Source: Podarcis muralis (taxonomy: Eukaryota). From it: DNA of 64,000 nt. The position numbers and the translations under genes are program-made. The DNA lies in contig NC_135658.1 in assembly GCF_964188315.1 (NCBI RefSeq), forward strand, positions 103,974,001-104,038,000, given 5' to 3'. The notes below the pieces were generated by a model that had not been told where the DNA came from, made no database searches, and was given only the letters and a program-made list of their open reading frames with translations. Positions 1-12,870 of the stretch are shown here, piece after piece. Each line of letters begins with the position of its first letter. Positions within the stretch are counted from its first letter, which is position 1.

Positions 1-250
1 TCCCCGCCCACCTGACCAGCCTCTGCTAGGTGGAGAGTGACAGTCTCACCATCAAACACAACCAGTGGTGAGAGATTGGAGGCCCTTCTGCTTCACGTGC
101 TTCCTCCACGAGAGGTCTGAAGGGCCTTTTCTGCAGAGGCTCCCTGCTTGTGGAATGCTCTCTCCAGGGAGGCTCAGTTGGCGCCTTCATTCTACACCTC
201 TAGGCACCAGGCAGAAATATGCCTCTTTGGCTGATTGAGATCCAATCCCC
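1..250 (+). mobile_element. Degenerate L2 LINE 3' end fragment
   Basis: Motifs gccttttctgcagaggctccctgcttgtggaatgctctc...ggcgccttca...aggcaccaggcagaaa resemble the RAFS-A-P-LWN-LP end of L2 ORF2, as seen in the better copy at 49300. Confidence 0.6.
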
Positions 251-309
251 TTTTAAATATGGTTGTGGGCTGTGGGGGAGTTTTTGCCATTGATAACGTC
301 ATTTTCCAC

Positions 310-735
310 CTAACCAACTGGGAAGCAAATGGAAGAAAAATAAAAACCTGGGCAATAGAGTGTCATTCTTACTGCAGATGTTCTCCCCAACCAAGAGGGA
401 TCTAAAGAGCCCCATTTGTGTAAATCAGCCTTAATTTCCTTTACTAATGGATAATAATTCCTCCTCTTAAGTTGTTGGACATTTTTGGTTGCAGAATGAG
501 CCCATAAGCTGATCATCCAGAGGCATACCTACCTACATAGCATAATGGATTTGTGATAATTAACCTCCAGACTATTTGCAGCATGAAAGGACTCCAACAC
601 AGCTTGAATCTCAGGTAAGACTCTGATCAGAAAGAGTAGAATATCATATTCAAATAAAACGAGAACATATTCTTTACCATTTTCCGATATCCCCTCCATC
701 TTGGTGCTTTGACAAATCAGGTTGGCCAGAGTTTC
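310..735 (-). mobile_element. L1-clade LINE ORF2 reverse transcriptase fragment (degenerate)
   Basis: Minus-strand ORFs give LAPLPFIIVMETLANLI..EGI..NGKEY.L.LFEYDILLFL (degenerate FADD motif), VNYHKS, and NYYPLVKEIKADLHKW...SWLGRTSAVRMT, all typical of L1/Tx1 RT. Confidence 0.8.
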
Positions 736-1019
736 CATGACTATAATGAATGGCAGAGGCGCCAGGTTGCCCCCAAGACTGGGCGGGCCCAGAGAGCCCA
801 TGATGGAGGAGGCCGAGCGCGCTGGAGGAGCCACTGGACCTGCAGCGTGTGTGACATGCATAGGGCAGCCTCGAGATTGAGGGGTCTGCTCCCCTGAAAA
901 CAAAGGTACCTTCAGCCTCCTAGAGCTGCCACGCCTGCTACCTGGTGGCCCTATTCAGATGCATTTTGCAGCTTCTAAAGACAAAAAGGAAAGCGAATCA
1001 GTCATGTGTAGTATACTGG

Positions 1020-1021
1020 TT

Positions 1022-1068
<47 letters not shown>
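1020..1068. repeat. (TTTC)n microsatellite
   Basis: Directly visible tandem tttc units. Confidence 0.95.
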
Positions 1069-1069
<1 letters not shown>

Positions 1070-1769
1070 TGAATAACTTGCATTGGGTTTTATAAACAAG
1101 GATCATAGGAATAATAAATGATTTAAATAAATAAATGGACCATTTTTCACGTGCCATTTTTATATCACAAAAGTAGCATAATAAATTTGTAGTAATGTCA
1201 ATGACAAATGGTTCATTATTAGTGGACAATATGTTCTTGGTTTGTGAATTGGTTTAAACAAAAGCAAAGGGAAAACAGAAAAAATGAAGTTAACAAATAA
1301 ATGTGGTTTACTGTTCTGACTCAAAATGTAAATATTTGGTGTGTTTATTTTTTGCTAAGGTTTTAAGGTTTATTTTATTTTCCTTTTAAAAGAGTGCTTT
1401 GCTGTCATGCATATTTTGTGTGGACAAGCTTATAAATGGAAACAATTTGAAACAGTGTGAATCAGTGTTTCTCAAACAGGGAAATTACAGGAAATGTATA
1501 CACATACTTTGTGAGGCATTTGAGGGAGGCAACGGGGAAAATATGAAAGAAAAAGAAAACTCTGATTAAACTGGCAAGGCTCTCACAAGACCTTCAGAGC
1601 AAATGCCTGTAGTTAGCTTGAGAAAAGATGAACTATGGAACTCCTTACCACAAATAAAATGCTGTGGCAAAGAATTTAGCAGTTGCCAAAGATGGATTGG
1701 ATATCAACAGAGATACCAGTAATTGCAAGCTGATTATGCCCAAACTCTGTCTCCATCTGCCGCCATTTA

Positions 1770-1984
1770 CAGCTTATCCACACTTCCTCTTCTTCTGCTG
1801 CTTTCCTCTGGAAAAACAGCTCTTTATCGCTCAATCGGAGCAAACAGCAATCAGGTTTTCCATGGATTTAGATTTAGCTCTGATTTAGAGCTAAAGAGTG
1901 GCTTTTCCCTGGGAAAGGAATAGAGCAAGGGGAAAACTACTTGGACCTGTGCTTTCTAGGACAAGCAGAAGTGCGGACAACCCC
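1770..1984 (-). mobile_element. ~200-bp MITE with (g)cttatccacacttc-type TIRs (Harbinger-like), copy A
   Basis: Ends agcttatccacacttc / gaagtgcggacaaccc are imperfect inverted repeats. Internal gagcaaacagcaat and ggacctgtgctttctag are near reverse complements of segments in the copy at 37018-37212. Confidence 0.6.
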
Positions 1985-4799
1985 TAAGTGACTGGCTGCG
2001 CCCCTTCACCACTCTTTTGTGAAGCAGTAATTGTCAGCTGTCTCAAATGGGTCCAAAGTTTGACAACCTCTGGTGTAAACTTACTCTCTATAGCTATAAA
2101 AAATGTACATGAGTCTCAGTGCAATTCAAGAAAAAAAAATAGATAAAATGAAATTATAGGTTAAAAGAGTCTGGTTGCATCTGTAACTTGCTAATTCTTG
2201 CTTTCTTGTCAAATCGTGACAGACAAAACATACTAAAAATCTGGAAGGAGATGCTGCACACATTCTGTTCATGAAATTTATTTCTGAGCTCCATTAAACC
2301 TAGCCAGACTAATAATTGATGTGAGCATCCGGTGGGGCTAGCTTATAAGTCCTGGAACACTCTTCCTGTCTAGTATCCATGTCTATAATTCCTTCACAGA
2401 GGGATGTGGCAGAATTTGTTATTGTCTTAGAAACATGGACACTCTGCTATCAGCCAGAAACACAATGTGAGTCATTCAGTTTCCCCCCTGGAAGCAAGCT
2501 GGTGCTTGCCTAATTGGTATTTGAGGAGCTTGTTGAAGGGAGCAGGCTGACTGATAATATAGTACATGGGGTCCCCCCCCCCCCAGAGTGCCCAGTTGTC
2601 CAACTATCGTAGGAATGCCATCACTTTTCTGAACGTGCAACATGGGGCACCACAGTTCTCCTTAGGACAGGAGTGGGGAACTGTGCCCTCCCAGATGCTC
2701 TTGGTGTGGAATACAACTCCCCCTATCCCTGACCATGCCATGAGGCAGTGGCAGGGGGAGGCCAGTACCACCTGGAAGACACAGGATCCCAATCCCAGGC
2801 CTAAGACATGTTTCATGGGTACCAGAATTTTTGCTGTCTTTCATATTTCTTCCAGAGCCTTGCAGCCAAGGATTTAGCTGTTTTTGTTATCAGATTAATA
2901 TTTGAATTTCAGCTCTTCTTAGCTCTGCAGAGTTGCACCACGAACATCTCTGTTGTTTGCCTATCGTCTTTCCTTTCCCTTTCAGAAAAGCCACTCTATC
3001 CTTCTGCTCTGCCCCTCATGGCCAGCTTCCAACCTTGTTTCCCAGGGCCCCTGATTCATCTCTGATCCCTTTTCTAAGATCCTTCACCTGCTCTGATACT
3101 GCTATGATCTAGGCAGCACTGCTGTGTGCTGGTGTTATAATTGTCTGTGGTGTACAGAGTTTTTTGGTCCCATCATGGCAGCAATTCATGCTAATGGTGG
3201 ACACTAGTATGCCAAAAACAAAGCTCAATAGATTGACTAAAAAAGGCCCTGGGAGCCTAAAGCAATCACTTGCAGAGGAGGCTTCCCATAGTATTTCTGG
3301 AGGAATAATTGCTCTTTGATGTCCTGAGGGTAGGGGGAGTGGGATCACACACTTGCCATCTCCATTTCCAACCTCCATGTGTTCCGTTTACATGCATTGA
3401 TTCGTACAATGGAACAAGTTCTTTATGTACAATCAAGAACCTTGGAAAAGCAAAGATCCCAGTCATGTGCATGCATACACATATAAACTATGCCCATGTT
3501 AAGCTGAACATTCTTGTGTCTGGGATTGGGAACAACACAAGTGATCTGACTTCCCATCCCACATGTTCAATGAAACATTTGAATAGTGTTACCTTGCCTC
3601 TATTATCAGATGTTTGCTATTGAAGAGGTTTTGCAGAATTTTGGCGCGCTATAAAAATATGTAGAAAGCCAGTTTGACAAACACTGGCAAAGGATGGGTA
3701 AAATAAATGCATACCATGAGCAATGATTGCTGCATTATATCTCCTTCAAATCTATGAAAAACTATTGTCTGTACACAGCCTCAGGATACTAATATTCTGA
3801 GGTATTTAATTGTCCAAGTTCTTAAGCAATTATGAAGATTAGCAAAGTCTATTAGAACTTCTAAGTAACCTTGCATCCACTTTCTATACAAGAAGTGATT
3901 TACTTGATTAAAATGTTGCCACTGGAAACATTAAAAAATGTAATCCCCTTAATGTATAGTCATTCAGTTGTCGTAACGATTTCAGGCAGTGTTGTCAAGA
4001 TTTTCAAAGTGAAGAGGGCTTCAAAGTTTCAATACTCAATGGCTAAACAATAAGATGCCACATAATTTGGATGTCAGTTTTGAGTCACTTCTGAAGAGCA
4101 TGAATCACAGAGGGCCAAACTACCGTAGTTGTGATGCAATTAGCAATGTCTAGGTGCAAAGCCCCCAACTAGAAACGGGGCTCTAGCAGGGTGTGGGGCT
4201 CAAATCTTTGTCTCTGCTGTGCTCCTATTTTCACTGGGGCAAAGCCTCTTATTTGCAATAGGGAGTAATTGTATTGTGTGATACTCTCCTGCTTACAACA
4301 GTGAGCACTTGTGCACACATTAGCACTGAAGCCCAGTAACAGACAATAGTGAGTGAAACAGACACACAAAGAAAAATTGTACAATAATGAATAAGGCACA
4401 CTGGCAGATAAATTAATAAAATAACAAAATAGCTTGAGACGGTGTAAAGGAGACTACAAACTCAGAACTATTCTAAAGAACAATTCTAAGCTATTCTATT
4501 CACTAGCTCTAATAAGAACAAATAAGCTACACTTAGGGAACAATCCAATATCATGATCCACTGTGTGAGGATGGTTAGGATCCAGTGGATCTCTGGCTGA
4601 GCCAGAAGGTTCTTGGCACATCCAGAGGAAACCAGCTTAACTCCCTCAGGCTCAGCTCTTCCAGAGATATGCCATTGTATCTCTTCCCTTCCATCCCAGC
4701 GGACTAATACAAGCCTGACAGATCTTAAGCCAGTGTAAGCCCTGAAAAATGGCATTCTGGTGGCATGACATAGCAGGATGTCAGGGGCATTTAGGATAA

Positions 4800-4916
4800 G
4801 GTTATCAGACGTCCCCGTTTTCCAGAGTCAGTTCCCAGATTTACAAATCAGTCCCCATACAAAATCCATTGAAGTTGAAAAGTGTCCCCAGATTCATTGA
4901 AAAAAATCTGGGAACC
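4800..4916. mobile_element. PIF/Harbinger-like MITE with TAA TSD
   Basis: TAA at 4797-4799 and 4917-4919 flank ggttatcaga...tctgggaacc (8/10 inverted match). Confidence 0.65.
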
Positions 4917-5242
4917 TAAACTTAGGATGGATCTTGTGCCTGTTCAGCTTGGTCATCTGACTTGACAATTCAATGTAAATTCAGACAACCAAAAAGGTGG
5001 TGTAATTCATAAAGGCTCACTTTCGCTCTGCTAGGCCTGGGCAGGCTTAGGCAGCAGTAGCCCAGCTGCTGAGCAGCTTGGATCTGGTAAAATGTTATGC
5101 CTGTTTAATTTACGCTAAGCTTGTTTCATGCCAACTTCTTGTGTAGAGGATGGCTCTCTTAGGCAGACCCAAGCAAAACAGAAAAAATAAAGCAGAATTA
5201 AACCCAATGAAATGAAAAAGAGCTGTAGTAATTTGGAAGAAA

Positions 5243-5596
5243 GGGACGTGGGTGGCGCTGTGGGTTAAACCACTGAGCCTACGGCTTGCCGATCAGAAGG
5301 TCAGCGGTTCGAATCCCCGCGGCAGGGTGAGCTCCCGTTGCTCGGTCCATGCTCCTTGCCAACCTAGCAGTTCAAAAGCACGAAGTGCAAGTAGATAAAT
5401 AGGTACCGCTCCGGCGGGAAGGTAAACGGCGTTTCCGTGCGCTGCTCTGGTTCGCCAGAAGCGGCTTAGTCATGCTAGCCACATGACCCGGAAGCTGTAC
5501 GCCAGCTCCCTCGGCCAATAAAGCGAGATGAGCACCACAACCCCAGAGTCGGCCACGACTGGACCTAATGGTCAGGGGTCCCTTTACCCTTTACCT
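5243..5596 (+). mobile_element. Sauria SINE (Squam1), full length
   Basis: tRNA-like head with A box (tggcgctgtgg) and B box (ggttcgaatcc), conserved body and (acctttt)-type tail. TSD gtaatttggaag at 5228-5239 and 5597-5608. Confidence 0.95.
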
Positions 5597-5924
5597 GTAA
5601 TTTGGAAGCAAAGGGAGACATGAGTAAGGAACTAGGCTGAAATGATGTGTCCAGCAAAAGCCTCCAGCAGAACTTTTTAACACTGCTGCCCTTCAAAGAC
5701 AAAGAGCAAGAAGCACGAGACAAAAACACTATTTGACATCTGTCAATTTCCCTCCCATAGCCCTGGGATTTTTTAAGGTTGGGGTAAATCATTACAGTCT
5801 TGACCTGCCTGCCCCAATGAGGCTCTCTTGGCTCCTGTCCCCCACCCTGACCTTTGCCCTCTCTTGCCACCACTCTGGCATTTCCTTTATATTGTCACTC
5901 ATTTTGCTTTTCACAGATACTCAC

Positions 5925-6102
5925 CTGCAATGAGACGCCAAGGAAGCATGAAGTGCTTTGAGGGAGATCCTGCTTCAACCTGGGCCACCTTGTACGCCTT
6001 GGACAAGCCCAGAAAACCTCTGGAGCCCCCCCCCCTTCCCACTTTGATTTGGCCTTTGGGCTTCTACGCTAAAAGTGAGCCATTGCTCAGGACATTGCAC
6101 AT
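5925..6102 (-). other. Candidate spliced non-coding/UTR exon (unverified)
   Basis: Minus-strand acceptor ttaacacttttttag|ATG and strong donor CAG|gtgagt. All three frames contain stops. Confidence 0.25.
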
Positions 6103-6618
6103 CTAAAAAAGTGTTAATTAAACTAATCAATAAATATATTTTTATCTCTAGATTGACAAACACATGTAATCTTTCCTAATGTGATGGCCTTTAAATATCC
6201 AAATAGTACAAATTGTCCTTAGATTAAAAAAGAAAATATTATTCCATGGGCATCACTGAAGCCAGGAGGGAGTGGTGGTTCCGTTAAATTCTGTTGTTGT
6301 TCCATGGATTAGTTTTGCCTTGTGTTCCACTCCACCCACCCTTCCAGTCAAACTTGGAGAATTTTTAAATTTTTAATTTCAAAATTGATGCATGAACAGT
6401 TTGCCATGTTCTCAGTTTGTATTTTTGTTGTTGTTGCCATTACAGGTTTATTTGTTTATTTCATATTTTCTTTGCTTGGATATATCTCCTAATCTGATTG
6501 TGAAGCTGTTGAACAGGTGATCTCTCTGACACTGTTCCTTGGTGAATGATTGAAGTTGCTGATGAATGGGGAAGGGGTAGAGGTGATAAAAAGATGATCA
6601 CTGTACGTCTAACTATGA

Positions 6619-8258
6619 GACTCACTCACTGGATCATCACCTTGTCATGGTGAGTGGGCTTGCACATTCCTATGACCCTTGTGAGTGAAGCCATCGGGAA
6701 TCTCATACTCCCAGCAGGGTTACCCAAGGTGGTAAGGTCAAAGGGAAGGAGCTAGACAAAGAATGATCCAAGAAGTCCTCAATGGCAGAACAGGAGGAAG
6801 AGAACAAGTGGTATGTTACAACAACTGTGAAGACGGATGAAGGCTGCAGCGGATAAGAATCTACCGGTCGTCATGACTACTCATGCCATCGGAACAGAGT
6901 CTTACTGTGAAGACTGTGCATTGGTCAGCGTGCACTGATCTACACACATAAAACAAATTCACACACGGGCATCTTCCAAAACCCTTCCCAAACCCAAGCC
7001 CCAAAAGTTCCATGGTGATCGGCAAATGTTAACGGGGGCAGAATCATGAAATCTGAAAGTCCCTAGCCATGAACCGGCACATGGGCGGTGGATACAGATT
7101 CAGTCATTCTGACTCAAGCAATGAGGCAGTTGAGCAGCTCGGCAGCTGTATCCATGACTGAGAAGCCCTTTTTAGGACCCACTCTGCTCATCCCGAAAAG
7201 GGGGAGGGGCTAGAAAAGGTGCCCTAAACATAGTCTGCTTCCCTTTCCCCCTGACTGGATTACGGCAGCTAGTGGGGTCACCACCTCGCAGTCGTAAAAG
7301 ACAGTTGAGCTTTGGAACATGGAATATACGGACGTTGTCAGATAACACAGACAGCGAGCATCCTGAAAGCAGAACTGCCATCATTGCAAGAGAGCTGCGA
7401 CGTTTTAACATCGATATTGCAGCACTTCAAGAGACTCAAAGAGCAGGCGAGGGACAACTGAAGGAAGAAAAAGGAGGCTACACATTCTTCTGGAAAGGTC
7501 TATCTCAACAAGAACATCAAATACATGGGGTAGGCTTCGCTATCAAAAACCATCTTGTGACGCTCCTGTCAGAAGTCCCTACCGGCATTAATGAGCGACT
7601 CTCAACCCTTCAAATAAAACTTCCCAAAAACTAACAGGCTACTATTATAAGCGCTTATGCACCAACACTGGTTGCCGATGATGACACTAAAGAATTTTTT
7701 TACTGGATACTGTCCTATCAGAGACACCTAAGGAAGATAAAATTATCCTCCTGGGCAATTTAAAAGCAAGAGTTGGGCGAGATTTCGATCTGTGGCCTGG
7801 GACTACTGGGAAAGAAGGAATTGGCAAACAGCAACCAGAACGGAATCTTAGTTTGACGATGTGTGCAGCGCACAACCTTGTTATTACCAACACACTCTTT
7901 CGACAGAAAAATAAATTTAAAACTTCATGGAGGCATCCTCAGTCAAACCACTGGCACCTCTTAGACTATGTTATTTTCCGTGCTAAAGATCGCCGTGCTA
8001 AAGATGTGCTCCTTACCAGAGCTATGATGAGTGCCGACGACTGCTGGACAGATCACTGACTAATACTAATATGACTAATATGACTAATAATACTAATATG
8101 AATAATATGATAAAGATTATACCTCAACACAGGCTTCAAGGAAGGAAACCAAGGCGCAAAATGAACACTCAAGCCCTTCAAGATCCCATTAAGCAGGATT
8201 GCTTCCAAATGACTCTTAAGGACCATTTGCTTTCAGAATTCCCATATAACTTTGAGGA
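6619..8258 (+). mobile_element. RTE-clade LINE: 5' UTR plus apurinic endonuclease domain, 3' part (RT) missing
   Basis: FGTWNIRTL, TAIIARELRRFNIDIAALQET, GYTFFWKG, HGVGFAIK, ISAYAPT, HWHLLDYVI and DCWTDH are APE motifs of RTE elements. There are frameshifts and stops, and a ~650-bp upstream UTR starting cactggatcatcaccttgtcatgg. Confidence 0.9.
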
Positions 8259-8261
8259 AGA

Positions 8262-8395
8262 CCAGAGGAACCAGAGTTCAAATCCCCACTCAGCTATGGA
8301 GTTCACAGTGACCTTGGGCCAGTTGGTACCTCACAGCCTAACCTATGTCACAGGGTTGTTGTAAGGGCAAAATGGAAAGGATGGAGATCTGTGTT
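8262..8395 (+). mobile_element. Old tRNA-derived SINE fragment (Squam3/MIR-like)
   Basis: agagttcaaatcccc B-box remnant followed by gtgaccttgggccagt...cagcctaacctatgtcacagggttgttgt core. Confidence 0.55.
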
Positions 8396-9775
8396 TGCCA
8401 CTTTGAAGGAAAGGTGAGTTAGAAATGTTAATAAAACAAAATAAAATAAAATAATATGTGTGTGAAAAGGTATCACCATTCCTTGGGACCAATGAACAAC
8501 AAAGTACACATGCAGGTCTTGCTTTCTGAACGAAGCGCATTCCCAGGAAATTGTTCAATAGGCAAGCATTTCCATTATTTCCTATTGGAACCTTTCTAAT
8601 TCATGATTTGTTTGATCTCTCCCGCCTTCCATGACTTCTGCCCAAAATGTCTGCCACCAAGCAGCAAAACACAAACAAATAAGGAAGTGGGCAAACTCTG
8701 GCTGTTTGGATATAAGAATCTGTCTTTCATGTTATGATGTTTGGGTATAATTCCTTTGTGTCCGGATAACCAAAATTCAGATAATGAGTGTTCTGATTGT
8801 GGGACCTATGTGGAAAGGATTTTATACATGTGCATTCACATTACTCAGCAAGTCGGGTTGTTTGCGTAGGCCAGTGTGGTATGGTTTACCATTGCAATCC
8901 CTTTCATCATGAGTCTTCCTTGATATCTGACACAAAATACTTTTTAAAAAATGTATCTGGATAAGTTACATGACCTAAAACTACAATGCTTGCCCTCCTC
9001 CAGCCTTTGCAGCTCTAAGAAAGGCATAATGGAAGCTGCCTTTCCCTTAGTGCAGTTGATAAAGTTAAGATTCTCCTTAAAGAATCAAATGCTGCTACAG
9101 ATTTATGCCAGAGTGCTGATTTGGAGGCTTGTAATTTCTTTTGTTCTAAAGATACAGTTTGCATTTAATAAGGATAATTGTTTGGATGTTTAATATTCTT
9201 TGGAAGTTTAACATCCCTCTGGCAAATCTAAAAAATGTGTGAGTCTCTGATACTTGACGATGACCTTCACCGCTATTATAGGGATTTATATATGTCTCAG
9301 TAAGTGAAATGGTGCAAGGAAAAGAATGTGTTTCATTGTTCTCATGGTGACCCAGAGATAAGGAGACAGCAGCCAAGTACTGTATACTGTGGGCATACCT
9401 CAGAGAATACGCGTGTTCCAACTTGCCGTACATGTGATGTTCTCCCTTTAGGGTTTGATGGGAAATGGCTTCATGTGCGTTTATCCTCATAACACTTTCT
9501 CAGACAGAGAGAATCCAAGGTGTAGCTCAGCGGAAGAGTGTGGGCTTTGGGAGCACTCAGACCCCCAGAATGAACCCTAACTTCAGGGCACACCTGGTGG
9601 CTGCCAGGGAGTCAGGGACACTTGCTGGTCTCTTGTTGGGAGGCCAACAATTTCACATTTGAATTCTCAAAAGAACTTTCAGGGAGGCATCACCCAGACC
9701 TGGCAATTTGTTCTTAAAGCCTAGAACTTCTTTTTGTGCCATCACTCTTTGCCTCAGTTCCTCAGCCTACATATA

Positions 9776-10001
9776 CAGTGGTACCTCGGGTTACAGACGC
9801 TTCAGGTTACAGACTCCACTAACCCAGAAATAGTACCTTGGGTTAAGAACTTTGCTTCAGGATAAGAACAGAAATCGTGCTCCAGTGGTGCGGCGGCAGT
9901 GGGAGGCCCCATTAGCTAAAGTGGTGCTTCAGGTTAAGAACAGTTTCAGGTTAAGAATGGACCTCCAGAATGAATTAAGTTCTTAACCCGATGTACCACT
10001 G
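9776..10001 (+). mobile_element. Tc1/mariner (Tigger/pogo-like) MITE, nested in CR1
   Basis: TIR cagtggtacctcgggtta / taacccgatgtaccactg, TA on both sides, 226 bp. Confidence 0.9.
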
Positions 10002-11081
10002 TATATCTGCCCTGTATCTCCTGCTGTGAAGAAAGATTCAGCTTCTCTGCAATCTCCTTATCTTTCTGTAGAGCACATTTGACACCCTTGTCATGCGAAG
10101 GTCCAACTGCCTCCCTAGCCAGTCTCCTGCTATTAATGTGTTTAAAATTCATGTTGTTGATGAGCTTTATGTTTTTAGCAATGTGCTCTTCAAGTCCTTT
10201 TTTACCACCCCTTGTTGTCTGCTTGCATTTCTTTTGCCAAAGCATCTATTCCTTTTTGCTCTCCTTGTGTGGACCAGACTCCCATTTCCCAAAAGGCGCC
10301 TCCTTGCCTCTAATAGCATCTTTGACTCTGTTGGGCCGCCCTGCTGGCATCCTCTTGGCTCTGGTGGTACTTTTCCTGATGCGCAGCAAGCATTCCAGCT
10401 GAGCTTTTAATATTGTGGTTTTAATCAACTCCCAAGCATTTTGAAATGATTTGACTCTCTTGACTTAGCCTTTCACTTTGCTTTTGTTTTCTCTTTTGAA
10501 GTCATAATGACTGTGTTGGGTTTTCTTCGCAAGTGGCTGGTTACACACACTTTGATATGTCTATGGTCATTGTTCCCAAGTGGTTTAACAACACCCACAT
10601 TGCACACCAGGTCATAGGTGTCACTTAAAATTAAATCCAGGTCACCACTGCTCATGACCCACTGTCCGAGGGCAGAGTCATTTTAGGGTGGCCAGAAAGT
10701 TTACCTCTTTATTGTGTCAGCAACACAAATGTAGCCAGTCTATGTGAGGATAGTTGAAGCCACTGATCACTACAACTTTTCCTCTTTGTGATGCATCGCT
10801 GATCTCGTTCTCCATCTCTAGATGTCCTGAACAGTCTGATCAGAGGGACAATAGCATCACCTCAGTAATAGATTATTTTTGGAGCCAGGTATCACGACCC
10901 ACAACAATTCTGTGGAGGAACCTGACTCCTTTGGGATTTCTAGCTTATCCTATTCCATGCTCTCTTTTCATGTACAGAGCACCTCCATCTCCACCACATC
11001 CTTCCCTGTCCTTCCTATAGAGTTTGTATCCAGATACAACTGTGTTGCACAAGTTCTTTCCATTCCACCAGGTTTCCAATA

Positions 11082-11307
11082 CAGTGGTACCTTGGGTTAA
11101 GTACCTAATTTGTTCTGGAGGTCTGTTCTTAACCTAAAACTATTCTTAACCTGAAGCACCACTTTAGCTAATGAGGCCTGCTGCTGCTGCCGTGATGCCG
11201 CTGCGCGATTTCTGTTCTCATCCTGAAGCAAAGTTCTTAACCCAAGGTACTATTTCTGGGTTAGCGGAGTCTGTAACCTGAAGCGTATGTAACCCGAGGT
11301 ACCACTG
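11082..11307 (-). mobile_element. Tigger-like MITE (same family, opposite orientation), nested in CR1 endonuclease
   Basis: cagtggtaccttgggtta / taacccgaggtaccactg, TA TSD, 226 bp, reverse complement of the 9776 copy. Confidence 0.9.
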
Positions 11308-12339
11308 TACTGTGTTGCTCTCTACTTGACTTTGGCACTTGCATTTTGGCCTGCAGTGCATTGTTCTGTCTGAATTGCCTCTGCACTTATAATGCTTATA
11401 ATTTTCCCACATTCAAATCATACTTTATTTCACCTTCAGCTTCATCCCAGGGAGGAGATTTGTTCCAATCAGTCCCTCCACAGCTCCTGTCAGCTTTCAC
11501 CCAAACAATCAGTTTAAAAGCTGCTCTGCCAGCTTTTTCATTTTAAGCACAAATAGTCTGGTTCCATTCTGGTTCAAGTGGAACCCATACCTTTTGTACA
11601 GGCGTGGCTTGTCCCAAATTGTTCCCCAGTGCCTCACAATCACTCCTGATGCCACTGTCACACCCACATGTTGATACTAGGCAGCTGTGCCTGCCTAGCT
11701 GGTCCTGAACGTGGGACCAGCAGCATTTCAGATAAAGGTGCCTTGGAGAATAACCAGCCACTGTTCACCAGACCTAGGCAATTGTCATCTCCCAGAAAAT
11801 GCAGACCTCTTCAAGGTACTTCTGTTGTAGTTTTAGTTGCTGGTTTTAAATAATACCATCAGTCTACATGCCACTTTACAGTGTAGCCTGCACAAAAGAC
11901 AGGTCTCTACTCTCTGCTCCAGGGAACGTGCAGTTTAAATTTTAAGACAGGGTCTAAAATGTTAAAGACTGATGGATTAAGACAAAAAAAAGGTTGTTAA
12001 GAATTTCATTTTCCTAAGGGTAGTAGAGCTGAAGGAACAAAAATCTTGTAGGATCCTGTAAAATTAACACCTCAAGGTATGACAGTTGACTTAACCCATC
12101 TATTAGGCCACAGTGCTAGACCATCATGTCAAAGGATCTAGTCCTTAACCAGTTTTTGTGTTGCCATCATTCTTTATGCCTGCCTTCCATATCAGAACTT
12201 TAATTCTGATGTGATGGGATGTGGGTACATCCTCAACCAACAGCCTGACCTATCTGCTTTTTTTCTTTTTGCTGCAACATTCAGGTAACTGTTTACAGAA
12301 CTGCAGATTTAGTCAGTAAATCATTAGAAGAGCCCCACT

Positions 12340-12870
12340 GTATCAGGCCAAATTCCTGTCTAGAAAAGCTTCCTGTTTTTGCTGGGGCCAGCCTATGGGA
12401 AGCCTGCAATCAGGACAGAAGCTCAACAGCATCCTCCTTACTTGTGCTCTCCAGCAATTGGCATTCAGAGACATCCCTCCTCTGATGTTGCAGACAGGAA
12501 ACAATCACCACGGCTAGTAGCCCATGGCTTTGTCTAACCCCCTCCTAGAGCCACCTCTTGGTGCCCATTACTTTCTCTTGTAGAAGTGAATTCCTTGGCT
12601 TAAATGTGTGCAGTGTGGAGATGTACTTCTTTTTATCTGTCCTGATTTTTCCTACCTACATTCAGTTTAATCATGGGATAAGAGAGGGATAAAAACTCTG
12701 AATTCACTTTCTCCACATTAGACATAGTTTTATACGCCCCGTTAAGTCCCCTCTTCCACACCCTTTCCCTAACCTTAAAAGTCCCATACACTGAACCCTT
12801 TTCTTACAGGGAAGCTGCACCAGCTGTGTTAGCGTTTAGCTGGCTTGTTTCTGAATCTTTCCAGCTCCAT
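12340..12870 (-). mobile_element. CR1 LINE 3' end fragment
   Basis: Reverse complement matches the CR1 ORF2 C-terminus and 3' UTR seen at 15050-15290. Confidence 0.6.

Larger units (their letters stand above)
9630..11675 (-). mobile_element. CR1 LINE fragment: ORF1 esterase C-terminus, ORF2 endonuclease and linker, interrupted by two MITEs
   Basis: Minus strand: LYKRYGFHLNQNGT (ORF1 SGNH-like), GYKLYRKDREG, DLDLILS..DLV..V.VV.PLG..DH, LWQKKCKQT.R..K..LEEHIAKNIK, DKEIAEKLN. The RT core is absent. Confidence 0.85.

Noticed and set aside
1646-1923. Apparent minus-strand 5' UTR with a gtaagg donor
   Set aside because: 1770-1984 is a MITE with a second copy at 37018. The short ORFs terminate quickly.
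5243-5330. tRNA-like sequences with A/B boxes (also 16459, 22813, 54831, 18600, 9520)
   Set aside because: These are SINE heads, not tRNA genes. They have no complete cloverleaf and are attached to SINE bodies.
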